64,000 nucleotides of DNA, from NCBI RefSeq assembly GCF_009914755.1, contig NC_060925.1; one strand, written 5' to 3'. The position numbers were made by a program, and so were the translations under genes. How positions within the stretch are numbered: position 1 is the first letter of the stretch; the number at the start of each line of letters is the position of its first letter. The DNA comes from the human T2T-CHM13v2.0 reference genome, Homo sapiens. Positions 30,286 through 45,600 of the stretch are shown one piece after another. The notes beneath the pieces were generated by a model. It saw only the letters and a program-made list of their open reading frames with translations, did not search any database and was not told the origin of the DNA.

Positions 30286-33200
30286 AAATCCAGTGTGATC
30301 ATCATCGAATGGACCCGAATGGAATCATCATCCAACGGATGCTAATGGAATCAACATCGAATGAATCAAATGGAAACACCATCGAATTGAAACGAATGGA
30401 ATTACCATGAAATTGAAATGGATGGACTCATCATCGAATGGATTTGAAAGGAATCATCGAATAAAATTGATTGAAATCATCATCGAATGGAATCGAATGG
30501 TATCATTGAATGGAATCGAATGGAATCATCATCAGATGGAAATGAATGGAATCGTCATAGAATGGAATCGAATGGATTCATTGAATGGAATCAGATGGAA
30601 TCATCGAATGGACTGGAATGGAATCATTGAATGGACTCGAAAGAGATCATGATTGAATGGAATTGAATGGAATCATCGAATGGTCTCGATTGGAATCATT
30701 ATCAAATGGAATCGAATGGAATCACCGAATAGAATCGAATGGAACAATCATCGAATGGACTCAAATGGAATTATCCTCCAATGGAATCGAATGGAATTAT
30801 CGAATGCAATCGAATGGAATTATCGAATGCAATCGAATAGAATCATCGAATGGACTCGAATGGAATCATCGAATGGAATGGAATGGAACAGTCAATGAAC
30901 TCGAATGGAATCATCATTGAATGGAATCGAATGGAATCATCGAGTGGAATCGAATGGAATTATGATCAAATGGAATCGAATGTAATCATCATCAAATGGA
31001 ATCAAAAATAACCATCATCAATTGGTATTGAATGGAATTGTCATCAAATGGAATTCAAAGGAAACATCATCAAATGGAACCGAATGGAATCCTCATTGAA
31101 TGGAAATGAAAGGGGTCATCATCTAATGGAATCGCATGGAATCATCATCAAATGGAATCGAATGGAATCATCATCAAATGGAATCTAATGGAATCATTGA
31201 ACAGAATTGAATGGAATCGTCATCGAATGAATTGAATGCAATCATCGAATGGTCTCGAATGGAACCATCTTCTAATGGAAAGGAATGGAATCATCGCATA
31301 GAATCGAATGGAATTATCATCGAATGGAATCGAATGGTATCAACACCAAACGGAAAAAAACGGAATTATCGAATGGAATCGAAGAGAATCTTCGAACGGA
31401 CCCGAATGGAATCATCTAATGGAATGGAATGGAATAATCCATGGACTCGAATGCAATGATCATCGAATGGAATCGAATGGAATCATCGAATGGACTCGAA
31501 TGAAATAATCATTGAACGGAATCGAATGGAATCATCATCGGATGGAAATGAAAGGAGTCATCATCTAATGGAATTGCATGGAATCATCATAAAATGGAAT
31601 CGAATGGAATCAACATCAAATGGAATCAAATGGAATCATTGAACGGAATTGAATGGAATCGTCATCGAATGAATTGAATGCAATCATCGAATGGTCTCGA
31701 ATGGAATCATCTTCAAATGGAATGGAATGGAATCATCGCATAGAATCGAATGGAATTATCATCGAATGGAATCGAATGGAATCAACATCAAACGGAAAAA
31801 AACGGAATTATCGAATGGAATCGAAGAGAATCATCGAATGGACCCGAATGGAATCATCTAATGGAATGGAATGGAATAATCCATGGACTCGAATGCAATC
31901 ATCATCGAATGGAATCGAATGGAATCATCCAATGGACTCGAATGGAATAATCATTGAACGGAATCGAATGGAATCATCATCGGATGGAAATGAATGGAAT
32001 CATCATCGAATGGAATCGAATAGAATTATGGAATGAAATCCAGTGTGATCATCATCGAATGGACCCGAATGGAATCATCATCCAACGGATGCTAATGGAA
32101 TCAACATCGAATGAATCAAATGGAAACACCATCGAATTGAAACGAATGGAATTACCATGAAATTGAAATGGATGGACTCATCATCGAATGGATTTGAAAG
32201 GAATCATCGAATAAAATTGATTGAAATCATCATCGAATGGAATCGAATGGTATCATTGAATGGAATCGAATGGAATCATCATCAGATGGAAATGAATGGA
32301 ATCGTCATAGAATGGAATCGAATGGATTCATTGAATGGAATCAGATGGAATCATCGAATGGACTGGAATGGAATCATTGAATGGACTCGAAAGAGATCAT
32401 GATTGAATGGAATTGAATGGAATCATCGAATGGTCTCGATTGGAATCATTATCAAATGGAATCGAATGGAATCACCGAATAGAATCGAATGGAACAATCA
32501 TCGAATGGACTCAAATGGAATTATCCTCCAATGGAATCGAATGGAATTATCGAATGCAATCGAATGGAATTATCGAATGCAATCGAATAGAATCATCGAA
32601 TGGACTCGAATGGAATCATCGAATGGAATGGAATGGAACAGTCAATGAACTCGAATGGAATCATCATTGAATGGAATCGAATGGAATCATCGAGTGGAAT
32701 CGAATGGAATTATGATCAAATGGAATCGAATGTAATCATCATCAAATGGAATCAAAAATAACCATCATCAATTGGTATTGAATGGAATTGTCATCAAATG
32801 GAATTCAAAGGAAACATCATCAAATGGAACCGAATGGAATCCTCATTGAATGGAAATGAAAGGGGTCATCATCTAATGGAATCGCATGGAATCATCATCA
32901 AATGGAATCGAATGGAATCATCATGAAATGGAATCTAATGGAATCATTGAACAGAATTGAATGGAATCGTCATCGAATGAATTGAATGCAATCATCGAAT
33001 GGTCTCGAATGGAACCATCTTCTAATGGAAAGGAATGGAATCATCGCATAGAATCGAATGGAATTATCATCGAATGGAATCGAATGGTATCAACACCAAA
33101 CGGAAAAAAACGGAATTATCGAATGGAATCGAAGAGAATCTTCGAACGGACCCGAATGGAATCATCTAATGGAATGGAATGGAATAATCCATGGACTCGA

Positions 33201-35535
33201 ATGCAATGATCATCGAATGGAATCGAATGGAATCATCGAATGGACTCGAATGAAATAATCATTGAACGGAATCGAATGGAATCATCATCGGATGGAAATG
33301 AAAGGAGTCATCATCTAATGGAATTGCATGGAATCATCATAAAATGGAATCGAATGGAATCAACATCAAATGGAATCAAATGGAATCATTGAACGGAATT
33401 GAATGGAATCGTCATCGAATGAATTGAATGCAATCATCGAATGGTCTCGAATGGAATCATCTTCAAATGGAATGAAATGGAATCATCGCATAGAATCGAA
33501 TGGAATTATCATCGAATGGAATCGAATGGAATCAACATCAAACGGAAAAAAACGGAATTATCGAATGGAATCGAAGAGAATCATCGAATGGACCCGAATG
33601 GAATCATCTAATGGAATGGAATGGAATAATCCATGGACTCGAATGCAATCATCATCGAATGGAATCGAATGGAATCATCCAATGGACTCGAATGGAATAA
33701 TCATTGAACGGAATCGAATGGAATCATCATCGGATGGAAATGAATGGAATCATCATCGAATGGAATCGAATAGAATTATGGAATGAAATCCAGTGTGATC
33801 ATCATCGAATGGACCCGAATGGAATCATCATCCAACGGATGCTAATGGAATCAACATCGAATGAATCAAATGGAAACACCATCGAATTGAAACGAATGGA
33901 ATTACCATGAAATTGAAATGGATGGACTCATCATCGAATGGATTTGAAAGGAATCATCGAATAAAATTGATTGAAATCATCATCGAATGGAATCGAATGG
34001 TATCATTGAATGGAATCGAATGGAATCATCATCAGATGGAAATGAATGGAATCGTCATAGAATGGAATCGAATGGATTCATTGAATGGAATCAGATGGAA
34101 TCATCGAATGGACTGGAATGGAATCATTGAATGGACTCGAAAGAGATCATGATTGAATGGAATTGAATGGAATCATCGAATGGTCTCGATTGGAATCATT
34201 ATCAAATGGAATCGAATGGAATCACCGAATAGAATCGAATGGAACAATCATCGAATGGACTCAAATGGAATTATCCTCCAATGGAATCGAATGGAATTAT
34301 CGAATGCAATCGAATGGAATTATCGAATGCAATCGAATAGAATCATCGAATGGACTCGAATGGAATCATCGAATGGAATGGAATGGAACAGTCAATGAAC
34401 TCGAATGGAATCATCATTGAATGGAATCGAATGGAATCATCGAGTGGAATCGAATGGAATTATGATCAAATGGAATCGAATGTAATCATCATCAAATGGA
34501 ATCAAAAATAACCATCATCAATTGGTATTGAATGGAATTGTCATCAAATGGAATTCAAAGGAAACATCATCAAATGGAACCGAATGGAATCCTCATTGAA
34601 TGGAAATGAAAGGGGTCATCATCTAATGGAATCGCATGGAATCATCATCAAATGGAATCGAATGGAATCATCATCAAATGGAATCTAATGGAATCATTGA
34701 ACAGAATTGAATGGAATCGTCATCGAATGAATTGAATGCAATCATCGAATGGTCTCGAATGGAACCATCTTCTAATGGAAAGGAATGGAATCATCGCATA
34801 GAATCGAATGGAATTATCATCGAATGGAATCGAATGGTATCAACACCAAACGGAAAAAAACGGAATTATCGAATGGAATCGAAGAGAATCTTCGAACGGA
34901 CCCGAATGGAATCATCTAATGGAATGGAATGGAATAATCCATGGACTCGAATGCAATGATCATCGAATGGAATCGAATGGAACCATCGAATGGACTCGAA
35001 TGAAATAATCATTGAACGGAATCGAATGGAATCATCATCGGATGGAAATGAAAGGAGTCATCATCTAATGGAATTGCATGGAATCATCATAAAATGGAAT
35101 CGAATGGAATCAACATCAAATGGAATCAAATGGAATCATTGAACGGAATTGAATGGAATCGTCATCGAATGAATTGAATGCAATCATCGAATGGTCTGGA
35201 ATGGAATCATCTTCAAATGGAATGGAATGGAATCATCGCATAGAATCGAATGGAATTATCATCGAATGGAATCGAATGGAATCAACATCAAACGGAAAAA
35301 AACAGAATTATCGTATGGAATCGAAGAGAATCATCGAATGGACCCGAATGGAATCATCTAATGGAATGGAATGGAATAATCCATGGACTCGAATGCAATC
35401 ATCATCGAATGGAATCGAATGGAATCATCGAATGGACTCGAATGGAATAATCATTGAACGGAATTGAATGGAATCATCATCGGATGGAAATGAATGGAAT
35501 CATCATCGAATGGAATCGAATAGAATTATGGAATG
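30286..35535 (+). repeat. Sub-array of three near-identical 1750-bp units (1308+442)
   Basis: Landmarks at 30286, 32036, 33786, 35536; shared variants gcaatgatcatc and gaatgaaataatc. Confidence 0.93.
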
Positions 35536-38500
35536 AAATCCAGTGTGATCATCATCGAATGGACCCGAATGGAATCATCATCCAACGGAAGCTAATGGAA
35601 TCAACATCGAATGAATCGAATGGAAACACCATCGAATTGAAACGAATGGAATTATCATGAAACTGAAATGGATGGACTCATCATCGAATGGATTCGAATG
35701 GAATCATCGAATAAAATTGATTGAAATCATCATCCAATGGAATCGAATGGTATCATTGAATGGAATCGAATGGAATCATCATCAGATGGAAATGAATGGA
35801 ATCGTCATAGAATGGAATCGAATGGATTCATTGAATGGAATCAGATGGAATCATCGAATGGACTGGAATGGAATCATTGAATGGACTCGAAAGGGATCAT
35901 GATTGAATGGAATTGAATGGAATCATCGAATGGTCTCGATTGGAATCATTAACAAATGGAATCGAATGGAATCACCGAATAGAATCGAATGGAACAATCA
36001 TCGAATGGACTCAAATGGAATTATCCTCCAATGGAATCGAATGGAATTATCGAATGCAATCGAATGGAATTATCGAATGCAATCGAATAGAATCATCGAA
36101 TGGACTCGAATGGAATCATCGAATGGAATGGAATGGAACAGTCAAGGAACTCGAATGGAATCATCATTGAATGGAATCGAATGGAATCATCGAGTGGAAT
36201 CGAATGGAAATATGATCAAATGGAATCGAATATAATCATCATCAAATGGAATCAAAAATAACCATCATTAATTGGTATTGAATGGAATTCTCATCAAATG
36301 GAATTCAAAGGAATCATCATCAAATGGAACTGAATGGAATCCTCATTGAATGGAAATGAAAGGGGTCATCATCTAATGGAATCGCATGGAATCATCATCA
36401 AATGGAATCGAATGGAATCATCATCAAATGGAATCTGATGGAATCATTGAACAGAATTGAATGGAATCGTCATCGAATGAATTGAATGCAATCATCGAAT
36501 GGTCTCGAATGTAATCACATTCTAATGGAAAGGAATGGAATCATCGCATAGAATCGAATGGAATTAACATTGAATGGACTCGAATGGAATCAACATCAAA
36601 CGGAATCAAGCGGAATTATCGAATGGAATCGAAGAGAATCATCGAATGGTCTCGAATGGAATCATCTTCTAATGGAAAGGAATGGAATCATCGCATAGAA
36701 TCGAATGGAATTAACATTGAATGGACTCGAATGGAATCAACATCAAATGGAATCAAGCGGAATTATCGAATGAAATCGAAGAGAATCATCGAATGGACTC
36801 GAATGGAATCATCTAATGGAATGGAATGGAATAATCCACGGACTCGAATGCAATCATCATTGTATAGAATCGAATGGAATCATCGAATGGACTGGAATGG
36901 AATAAACATTGAACGGAATAGAATGGAATCATCATCGGAAGGAAACGAATGGAATCATCATCGAATGGAAATGTAAGGAGTCATCATCTAATGGAATTGC
37001 ATGGAATCATCATAAAATGGAATCGAATGGAATCATCATCAAATGGAATCAAATGGAATCATTGAACGGAATTGAATGGAATCGTCATCGAATGAATTGA
37101 ATGCAATCATCGAATGGTCTCGAATGGAATCATCTTCAAATGGAATGGAATGGAATCATCGCATAGAATCGAATGGAATTATCATCGAATGGAATCGAAT
37201 GGTATCAACATCAAACGGAAAAAAACGGAATTATCGAATGGAATCGAAGAGAATCTTCGAACGGACCCGAAAGGAATCATCTAATGGAATGGAATGGAAT
37301 AATCCATGGACTCGAATGCAATCATCATCGAATGGAATCGAATGGAATCATTGAATGGACTCGAATGGAATAATCATTGAACGGAATCGAATGGAATCAT
37401 CATCGGATGGAAATGAATGGAATCATCATCGAATGGAATCGAATAGAATTATGGAATGAAATCCAGTGTGATCATCATCGAATGGACCCGAATGGAATCA
37501 TCATCCAACGGATGCTAATGGAATCAACATCGAATGAATCGAATGGAAACACCATCGAATTGAAACGAATGGAATTATCATGAAATTGAAATGGATGGAC
37601 TCATCATCGAATGGATTCGAATGGAATCATCGAATAAAATTGATTGAAATCATCATCGAATGGAATCGAATGGTATCATTGAATGGAATCGAATGGAATC
37701 GTCATCAGATGGAAATGAATGGAATCGTCATAGAATGGAATCGAATGGATTCATTGAATAGAATCAGATGGAATCATCGAATGGACTGGAATGGAATCAT
37801 TGAATGGACTCGAAAGGGATCATTATTGAATGGAATTGAATGGAATCATCGAATGGTCTCGATTGGAATCATTATCAAATGGAATCGAATGGAATCACCG
37901 AATAGAATTGAATGGAACAATCATCGAATGGACTCAAATGGAATTATCCTCAAATGGAATCGAATGGAATTATCGAATGCAATCGAATGGAATTATCGAA
38001 TGCAATCGAATAGAATCATCGAAAGGACTCGAATGGAATCATCGAATGGAATGGAATGGAACAGTCAATGAACTCGAATGGAATCATCATTGAATGGAAT
38101 CGAATGGAATCATCGAGTGGAATCGAATGGAATTATGATCAAATGGAATCGAATGTAATCATCATCAAATGGAATCAAAAATAACCATCATCAATTGGTA
38201 TTGAATGGAATTGTCATCAAATGGAATTCAAAGGAATCATCATCAAATGGAACCGAATGGAATCCTGATTGAATGGAAATGAAAGGGGTCATCATCTAAT
38301 GGAATCGCATGGAATCATCATCAAATGGAATCGAATGGAATCATCATCAAATGGAATCTAATGGAATCATTGAAAAGAATTGAATGGAATCATCATCGAA
38401 TGAATTGAATGCAGTCATCGAAAGGTCTCGAATGGAATCATCTTCTAATGGAAAGGAATGGAATCATCGCATAGAATCGAATGGAATTATCATCGAATGG

Positions 38501-41500
38501 AATCGAATGGTATCAACACCAAACGGAAAAAAACGGAATTATCGAATGGAATCGAAGAGAATCTTCGAACGGACCCGAATTTAATGATCTAATGGAATGG
38601 AATGGAATAATCCATGGACTCGAATGCAATCATCATCGAATGGAATCGAATGGAATCATCGAATGGACTCGAATGGAATAATCATTGAACGGAATCGAAT
38701 GGAATCATCATCGGATGGAAACGAATGGAATCATCATCCAATGGAAATGAAAGGAGTCATCATCTAATGGAATTGCATGGAATCATCATAAAATGGAATC
38801 GAATGGAATCAACATCAAATGGAATCAAATGGAATAATTGAACGGAATTGAATGGAATCGTCATCGAATGAATTGAATGCAATCATCGAATGGTCTAGAA
38901 TTGAATCATCTTCAAATGGAATGGAATGGAATCATCGCATAGAATCGAATGGAAGTATCATCGAATGGAATCGAATGGAATCAACATCAAACGGAAAAAA
39001 ACGGAATTATCGAATGGAATCGAAGAGAATCATCGAATGGACCCGAATGGAATCATCTAATGGAATGGAATGGAATAATCCATGGACTCGAATGCAATCA
39101 TCATCGAATGGAATCGAATGGAATCATCGAATGGACTCGAATGGAATAATCATTGAACGGAATCGAATGGAATCATCATCGGATGGAAATGAATGGAATC
39201 ATCATCGAATGGAATCGAATAGAATTATGGAATGAAATCCAGTGTGATCATCATCGAATGGACCCGAATGGAATCATCATCCAACGGAAGCTAATGGAAT
39301 CAACATCGAATGAATCGAATGGAAACACCATCGAATTGAAACGAATGGAATTATCATGAAATTCAAATGGATGGACTCATCATCGAATGGATTCGAATGG
39401 AATCATTGAATAAAATTGATTGAAATCATCATCCAATGGAATCGAATGGTATCATTGAATGGAATCGAATGGAATCATCATCAGATGGAAATGAATGGAA
39501 TCGTCATAGAATGGAATCGAATGGATTCATTGAATGGAATCAGATGGAATCATCGAATGGACTGGAATGGAATCATTGAATGGACTCGAAAGGGATCATG
39601 ATTGAATGGAATTGAATGGAATCATCGAATGGTCTCGATTGGAATCATTAACAAATGGAATCGAATGGAATCACCGAATAGAATCGAATGGAACAATCAT
39701 CGAATGGACTCAAATGGAATTATCCTCCAATGGAATGGAATGGAATTATCGAATGCAATCGAATGGAATTATCGAATGCAATCGAATAGAATCATCGAAT
39801 GGACTCGAATGGAATCATCGAATGGAATGGAATGGAACAGTCAAGGAACTCGAATGGAATCATCATTGAATGGAATCGAATGGAATCATCGAGTGGAATC
39901 GAATGGAAATATGATCAAATGGAATCGAATATAATCATCATCAAATGGAATCAAAAATAGCCATCATTAATTGGTATTGAATGGAATTCTCATCAAATGG
40001 AATTCAAAGGAATCATCATCAAATGGAACTGAATGGAATCCTCATTGAATGGAAATGAAAGGGGTCATCATCTAATGGAATCGCATGGAATCATCATCAA
40101 ATGGAATCGAATGGAATCATCATCAAATTGAATCTGATGGAATCATTGAACAGAATTGAATGGAATCGTCATCGAATGAATTGAATGCAATCATCGAATG
40201 GTCTCGAATGTAATCACATTCTAATGGAAAGGAATGGAATCATCGCATAGAATCGAATGGAATTAACATTGAATGGACTCGAATGGAATCAACATCAAAC
40301 GGAATCAAGCGGAATTATCGAATGGAATCGAAGAGAATCATCGAATGGTCTCGAATGGAATCATCTTCTAATGGAAAGGAATGGAATCATCGCATAGAAT
40401 CGAATGGAATTAACATTGAATGGACTCGAATGGAATCAACATCAAATGGAATCAAGCGGAATTATCGAATGAAATCGAAGAGAATCATCGAATGGACTCG
40501 AATGGAATCATCTAATGGAATGGAATGGAATAATCCACGGACTCGAATGCAATCATCATTGTATAGAATCGAATGGAATCATCGAATGGACTCGAATGGA
40601 ATAAACATTGAACGGAATAGAATGGAATCATCATCGGAAGGAAACGAATGGAATCATCATCGAATGGAAATGTAAGGAGTCATCATCTAATGGAATTGCA
40701 TGGAATCATCATAAAATGGAATCGAATGGAATCATCATCAAATGGAATCAAATGGAATCATTGAACGGAATTGAATGGAATCGTCATCGAATGAATTGAA
40801 TGCAATCATCGAATGGTCTCGAATGGAATCATCTTCAAATGGAATGGAATGGAATCATCGCATAGAATCGAATGGAATTATCATCGAATGGAATCGAATG
40901 GTATCAACATCAAACGGAAAAAAACGGAATTATCGAATGGAATCGAAGAGAATCTTCGAACGGACCCGAAAGGAATCATCTAATGGAATGGAATGGAATA
41001 ATCCATGGACTCGAATGCAATCATCATCGAATGGAATCGAATGGAATCATTGAATGGACTCGAATGGAATAATCATTGAACGGAATCTAATGGAATCATC
41101 ATCGGATGGAAATGAATGGAATCATCATCCAATGGAATCGAATAGAATTATGGAATGAAATCCAGTGTGATCATCATCGAATGGACCCGAATGGAATCAT
41201 CATCCAACGGAAGCTAATGGAATCAACATCGAATGAATCGAATGGAAACACCATCGAATTGAAACGAATGGAATTATCATGAAATTGAAATGGATGGACT
41301 CATCATCGAATGGATTCGAATGGAATCATCGAATAAAATTGATTGAAATCATCATCGAATGGAATCGAATGGTATCATTGAATGGAATCGAATGGAATCG
41401 TCATCAGATGGAAATGAATGGAATCGTCATAGAATGGAATCGAATGGATTCATTGAATAGAATCAGATGGAATCATCGAATGGACTGGAATGGAATCATT

Positions 41501-42420
41501 GAATGGACTCGAAAGGGATCATTATTGAATGGAATTGAATGGAATCATCGAATGGTCTCGATTGGAATCATTATCAAATGGAATCGAATGGAATCACCGA
41601 ATAGAATCGAATGGAACAATCATCGAATGGACTCAAATGGAATTATCCTCAAATGGAATCGAATGGAATTATCGAATGCAATCGAATGGAATTATCGAAT
41701 GCAATCGAATAGAATCATCGAAAGGACTCGAATGGAATCATCGAATGGAATGGAATGGAACAGTCAATGAACTCGAATGGAATCATCATTGAATGGAATC
41801 GAATGGAATCATCGAGTGGAATCGAATGGAATTATGATCAAATGGAATCGAATGTAATCATCATCAAATGGAATCAAAAATAACCATCATCAATTGGTAT
41901 TGAATGGAATTGTCATCAAATGGAATTCAAAGGAATCATCATCAAATGGAACCGAATGGAATCCTCATTGAATGGAAATGAAAGGGGTCATCATCTAATG
42001 GAATCGCATGGAATCATCATCAAATGGAATCGAATGGAATCATCATCAAATGGAATCTAATGGAATCATTGAAAAGAATTGAATGGAATCATCATCGAAT
42101 GAATTGAATGCAATCATCGAAAGGTCTCGAATGGAATCATCTTCTAATGGAAAGGAATGGAATCATCGCATAGAATCGAATGGAATTATCATCGAATGGA
42201 ATCGAATGGTATCAACACCAAACGGAAAAAAACGGAATTATCGAATGGAATCGAAGAGAATCTTCGAACGGACCCGAATTTAATGATCTAATGGAATGGA
42301 ATGGAATAATCCATGGACTCGAATGCAATCATCATCGAATGGAATCGAATGGAATCATCGAATGGACTCGAATGGAATAATCATTGAACGGAATCGAATG
42401 GAATCATCATCGGATGGAAA
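35454..42420 (+). repeat. Approximately two tandem copies of a 3699-bp composite (1923+1776); boundaries approximate
   Basis: Constant 3699 offset between variant-bearing segments: 35903/39602, 36584/40283, 37076/40775, 37580/41279, 38384/42083. Confidence 0.85.
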
Positions 42421-42699
42421 CGAATGGAATCATCATCGAATGGAAATGAAAGGAGTCATCATCTAATGGAATTGCATGGAATCATCATAAAATGGAATCG
42501 AATGGAATCAACATCAAATGGAATCAAATGGAATCATTGAACGGAATTGAATGGAATCGTCATCGAATGAATTGAATGCAATCATCGAATGGTCTCGAAT
42601 GGAATCATCTTCACATGGAATGGAATGGAATCATCGCATAGAATCGAATGGAATTATCATCGAATGAAATCGAATGGAATCAACATCAAACGGAAAAAA

Positions 42700-45600
42700 A
42701 CGGAATTATCGAATGGAATCGAAGAGAATCATCGAATGGACCCGAATGGAATCATCTAATGGAATGGAATGGAATAATCCATGGACTCGAATGCAATCAT
42801 CATCGAATGGAATCGAATGGAATCATCGAATGGACTCGAATGGAATAATCATTGAACGGAATCGAATGGAATCATCATCGGATGGAAATGAATGGAATCA
42901 TCATCGAATGGAATCGAATAGAATTATGGAATGAAATACAGTGTGATCATCATCGAATGGACCCGAATGGAATCATCATCCAACGGAAGCTAATGGAATC
43001 AACATCGAATGAATCAAATGGAAACACCATCGAATTGAAACGAATGGAATTACCATGAAATTGAAATGGATGGACTCATCATCAAATGGATTCGAGTGGA
43101 ATCATCGAATAAAATTGATTGAAATCATCATCAAATGGAATCGAATGGTATCATTGAATGGAATCGAATGGAATCATCATCAGATGGAAATGAAAGGAAT
43201 CGTCATAGAATGGAATTGAATGGATTCATTGAATGGAATCAGATGGAATCATTGAATGGACTGGAATGGAATCATTGAATGGACTCGAAAGGGATCATTA
43301 TTGAATGGAATTGAATGGAATCATCGAATGGTCTCGATTGGAATCATTATCAAATGGAATCGAATGGAATCACCAAATAGAATCGAATGGAACAATCATC
43401 GAATGGACTCAAATGGAATTATCCTCAAATGGAATTGAATGGAATTATCGAATGCAATCGAATGGAATTATCGAATGCAATCGAATAGAATCATCGAATG
43501 GAGTCGAATGGAATCATCGAATGGAATGGAATGGAACAGTCAATGAACTCGAATGGAATCATCATTGAATGGAATCGAATGGAATCATCGAGTGGAATCG
43601 AATGGAATTATGATCAAATGGAATCGAATGTAATCATCATCAAATGGAATCAAAAATAACCATCATCAATTGGTATTGAATGGAATTCTCATCAAATGGA
43701 ATTCAAAGGAATCATCATCAAATGGAACCGAATGGTATCCTCATTGAATGGAAATGAAAGGGGTCATCATCTAATGGAATCGCATGGAATCATCATCAAA
43801 TGGAATCGAATGGAATCAACATCAAATGGAATCAAATGGAGTCATTGAACGGAATTGAATGGAATCGTCATCGAATGAATTGAATGCAATCATCGAATGG
43901 TCTCGAATGGAATCATCTTCAAATGGAATGGAATGGAATCATCACATAGAATCGAATGGAATTATCATCGAATGGAATCGAATGGAATCAACATCAAACG
44001 GAAAAAAACGGAATTATCGAATGGAATCGAAGAGAATCATCGAATGGACCCGAATGGAATCATCTAATGGAATGGAATGGAATAATCCATGGACTCGAAT
44101 GCAATCATCATCGAATGGAATCGAATGGAATCATCGAATGGACTCGAATGGAATAATCATTGAACGGAATCGAATGGAATCATCATCGGATGGAAACGAA
44201 TGGAATCATCATCGAATGGAATCGAATAGATTTATGGAATGAAATCCAGTGTGATCATCATCGAATGGACCCGAATGGAATCATCATCCAACGGAAGCTA
44301 ATGAAATCAACATCGAATGAATCAAATGGAAACACCATCGAATTGAAACGAATGGAATTACCATGAAATTGAAATGGATGGACTCATCATCAAGTGGATT
44401 CGAATGGAATCATCGAATAAAATTGATTGAAATCATCATCGAATGGAATCGAATGGTATCATTGAATGGAATCGAATGGAATCATCATCAGATGGAAATG
44501 AATGCAATCGTCATAGAATGGAATCGAATGGATTCATTGAATGGAATCAGATGGAATCATTGAATGGACTGGAATGGAATCATTGAATGGACTCGAAAGG
44601 GATCATGATTGAATGGAATTGAATGGAATCATGGAATGGTCTCGATTGGAATCATTATCAAATGGAATCGAATGGAATCACCGAATAGAATCGAATGGAA
44701 CAATCATCGAATGGACTCAAATGGAATTATCCTCAAATGGAATCGAATGGAATTATCGAATGCAATCGAATGGAATTATCGAATGCAATCGAATAGAATC
44801 ATCGAAAGGACTCGAATGGAATCATCGAATGGAATGGAATGGAACAGTCAATGAACTCGAATGGAATCATCATTGAATGGAATCGAATGGAATCATCGAG
44901 TGGAATCGAATGGAATTATGATCAAATGGAATCGAATGTAATCATCATCAAATGGAATCAAAAATAACCATCATCAATTGGTATTGAATGGAATTGTCAT
45001 CAAATGGAATTCAAAGGAATCATCATCAAATGGAACCGAATGGAATCCTCATTGAATGGAAATGAAAGGGGTCATCATCTAATGGAATCGCATGGAATCA
45101 TCATCAAATGGAATCGAATGGAATCATCATCAAATGGAATCTAATGGAATCATTGAAAAGAATTGAATGGAATCATCATCGAATTAATTGAATGCAATCA
45201 TCGAATGGTCTCGAATGGAATCATCTTCTAATGGAAAGGAATGGAATCATCGCATAGAATCGAATGGAATTATCATCGAATGGAATCGAATGGTATCAAC
45301 ACCAAACGGAAAAAAACGGAATTATCGAATGGAATCGAAGAGAATCTTCGAACGGACCCGAATGGAATCATCTAATGGAATGGAATGGAATAATCCATGG
45401 ACTCGAATGCAATCATCATCGAATGGAATCGAATGGAATCATCGAATGGACTCGAATGGAATAATCATTGAACGGAATCGAATGGAATCATCAACGGATG
45501 GAAACGAATGGAATCATCATCGAATGGAAATGAAAGGAGTCATCATCTAATGGAATTGCATGGAATCATCATAAAATGGAATCGAATGGAATCAACATCA

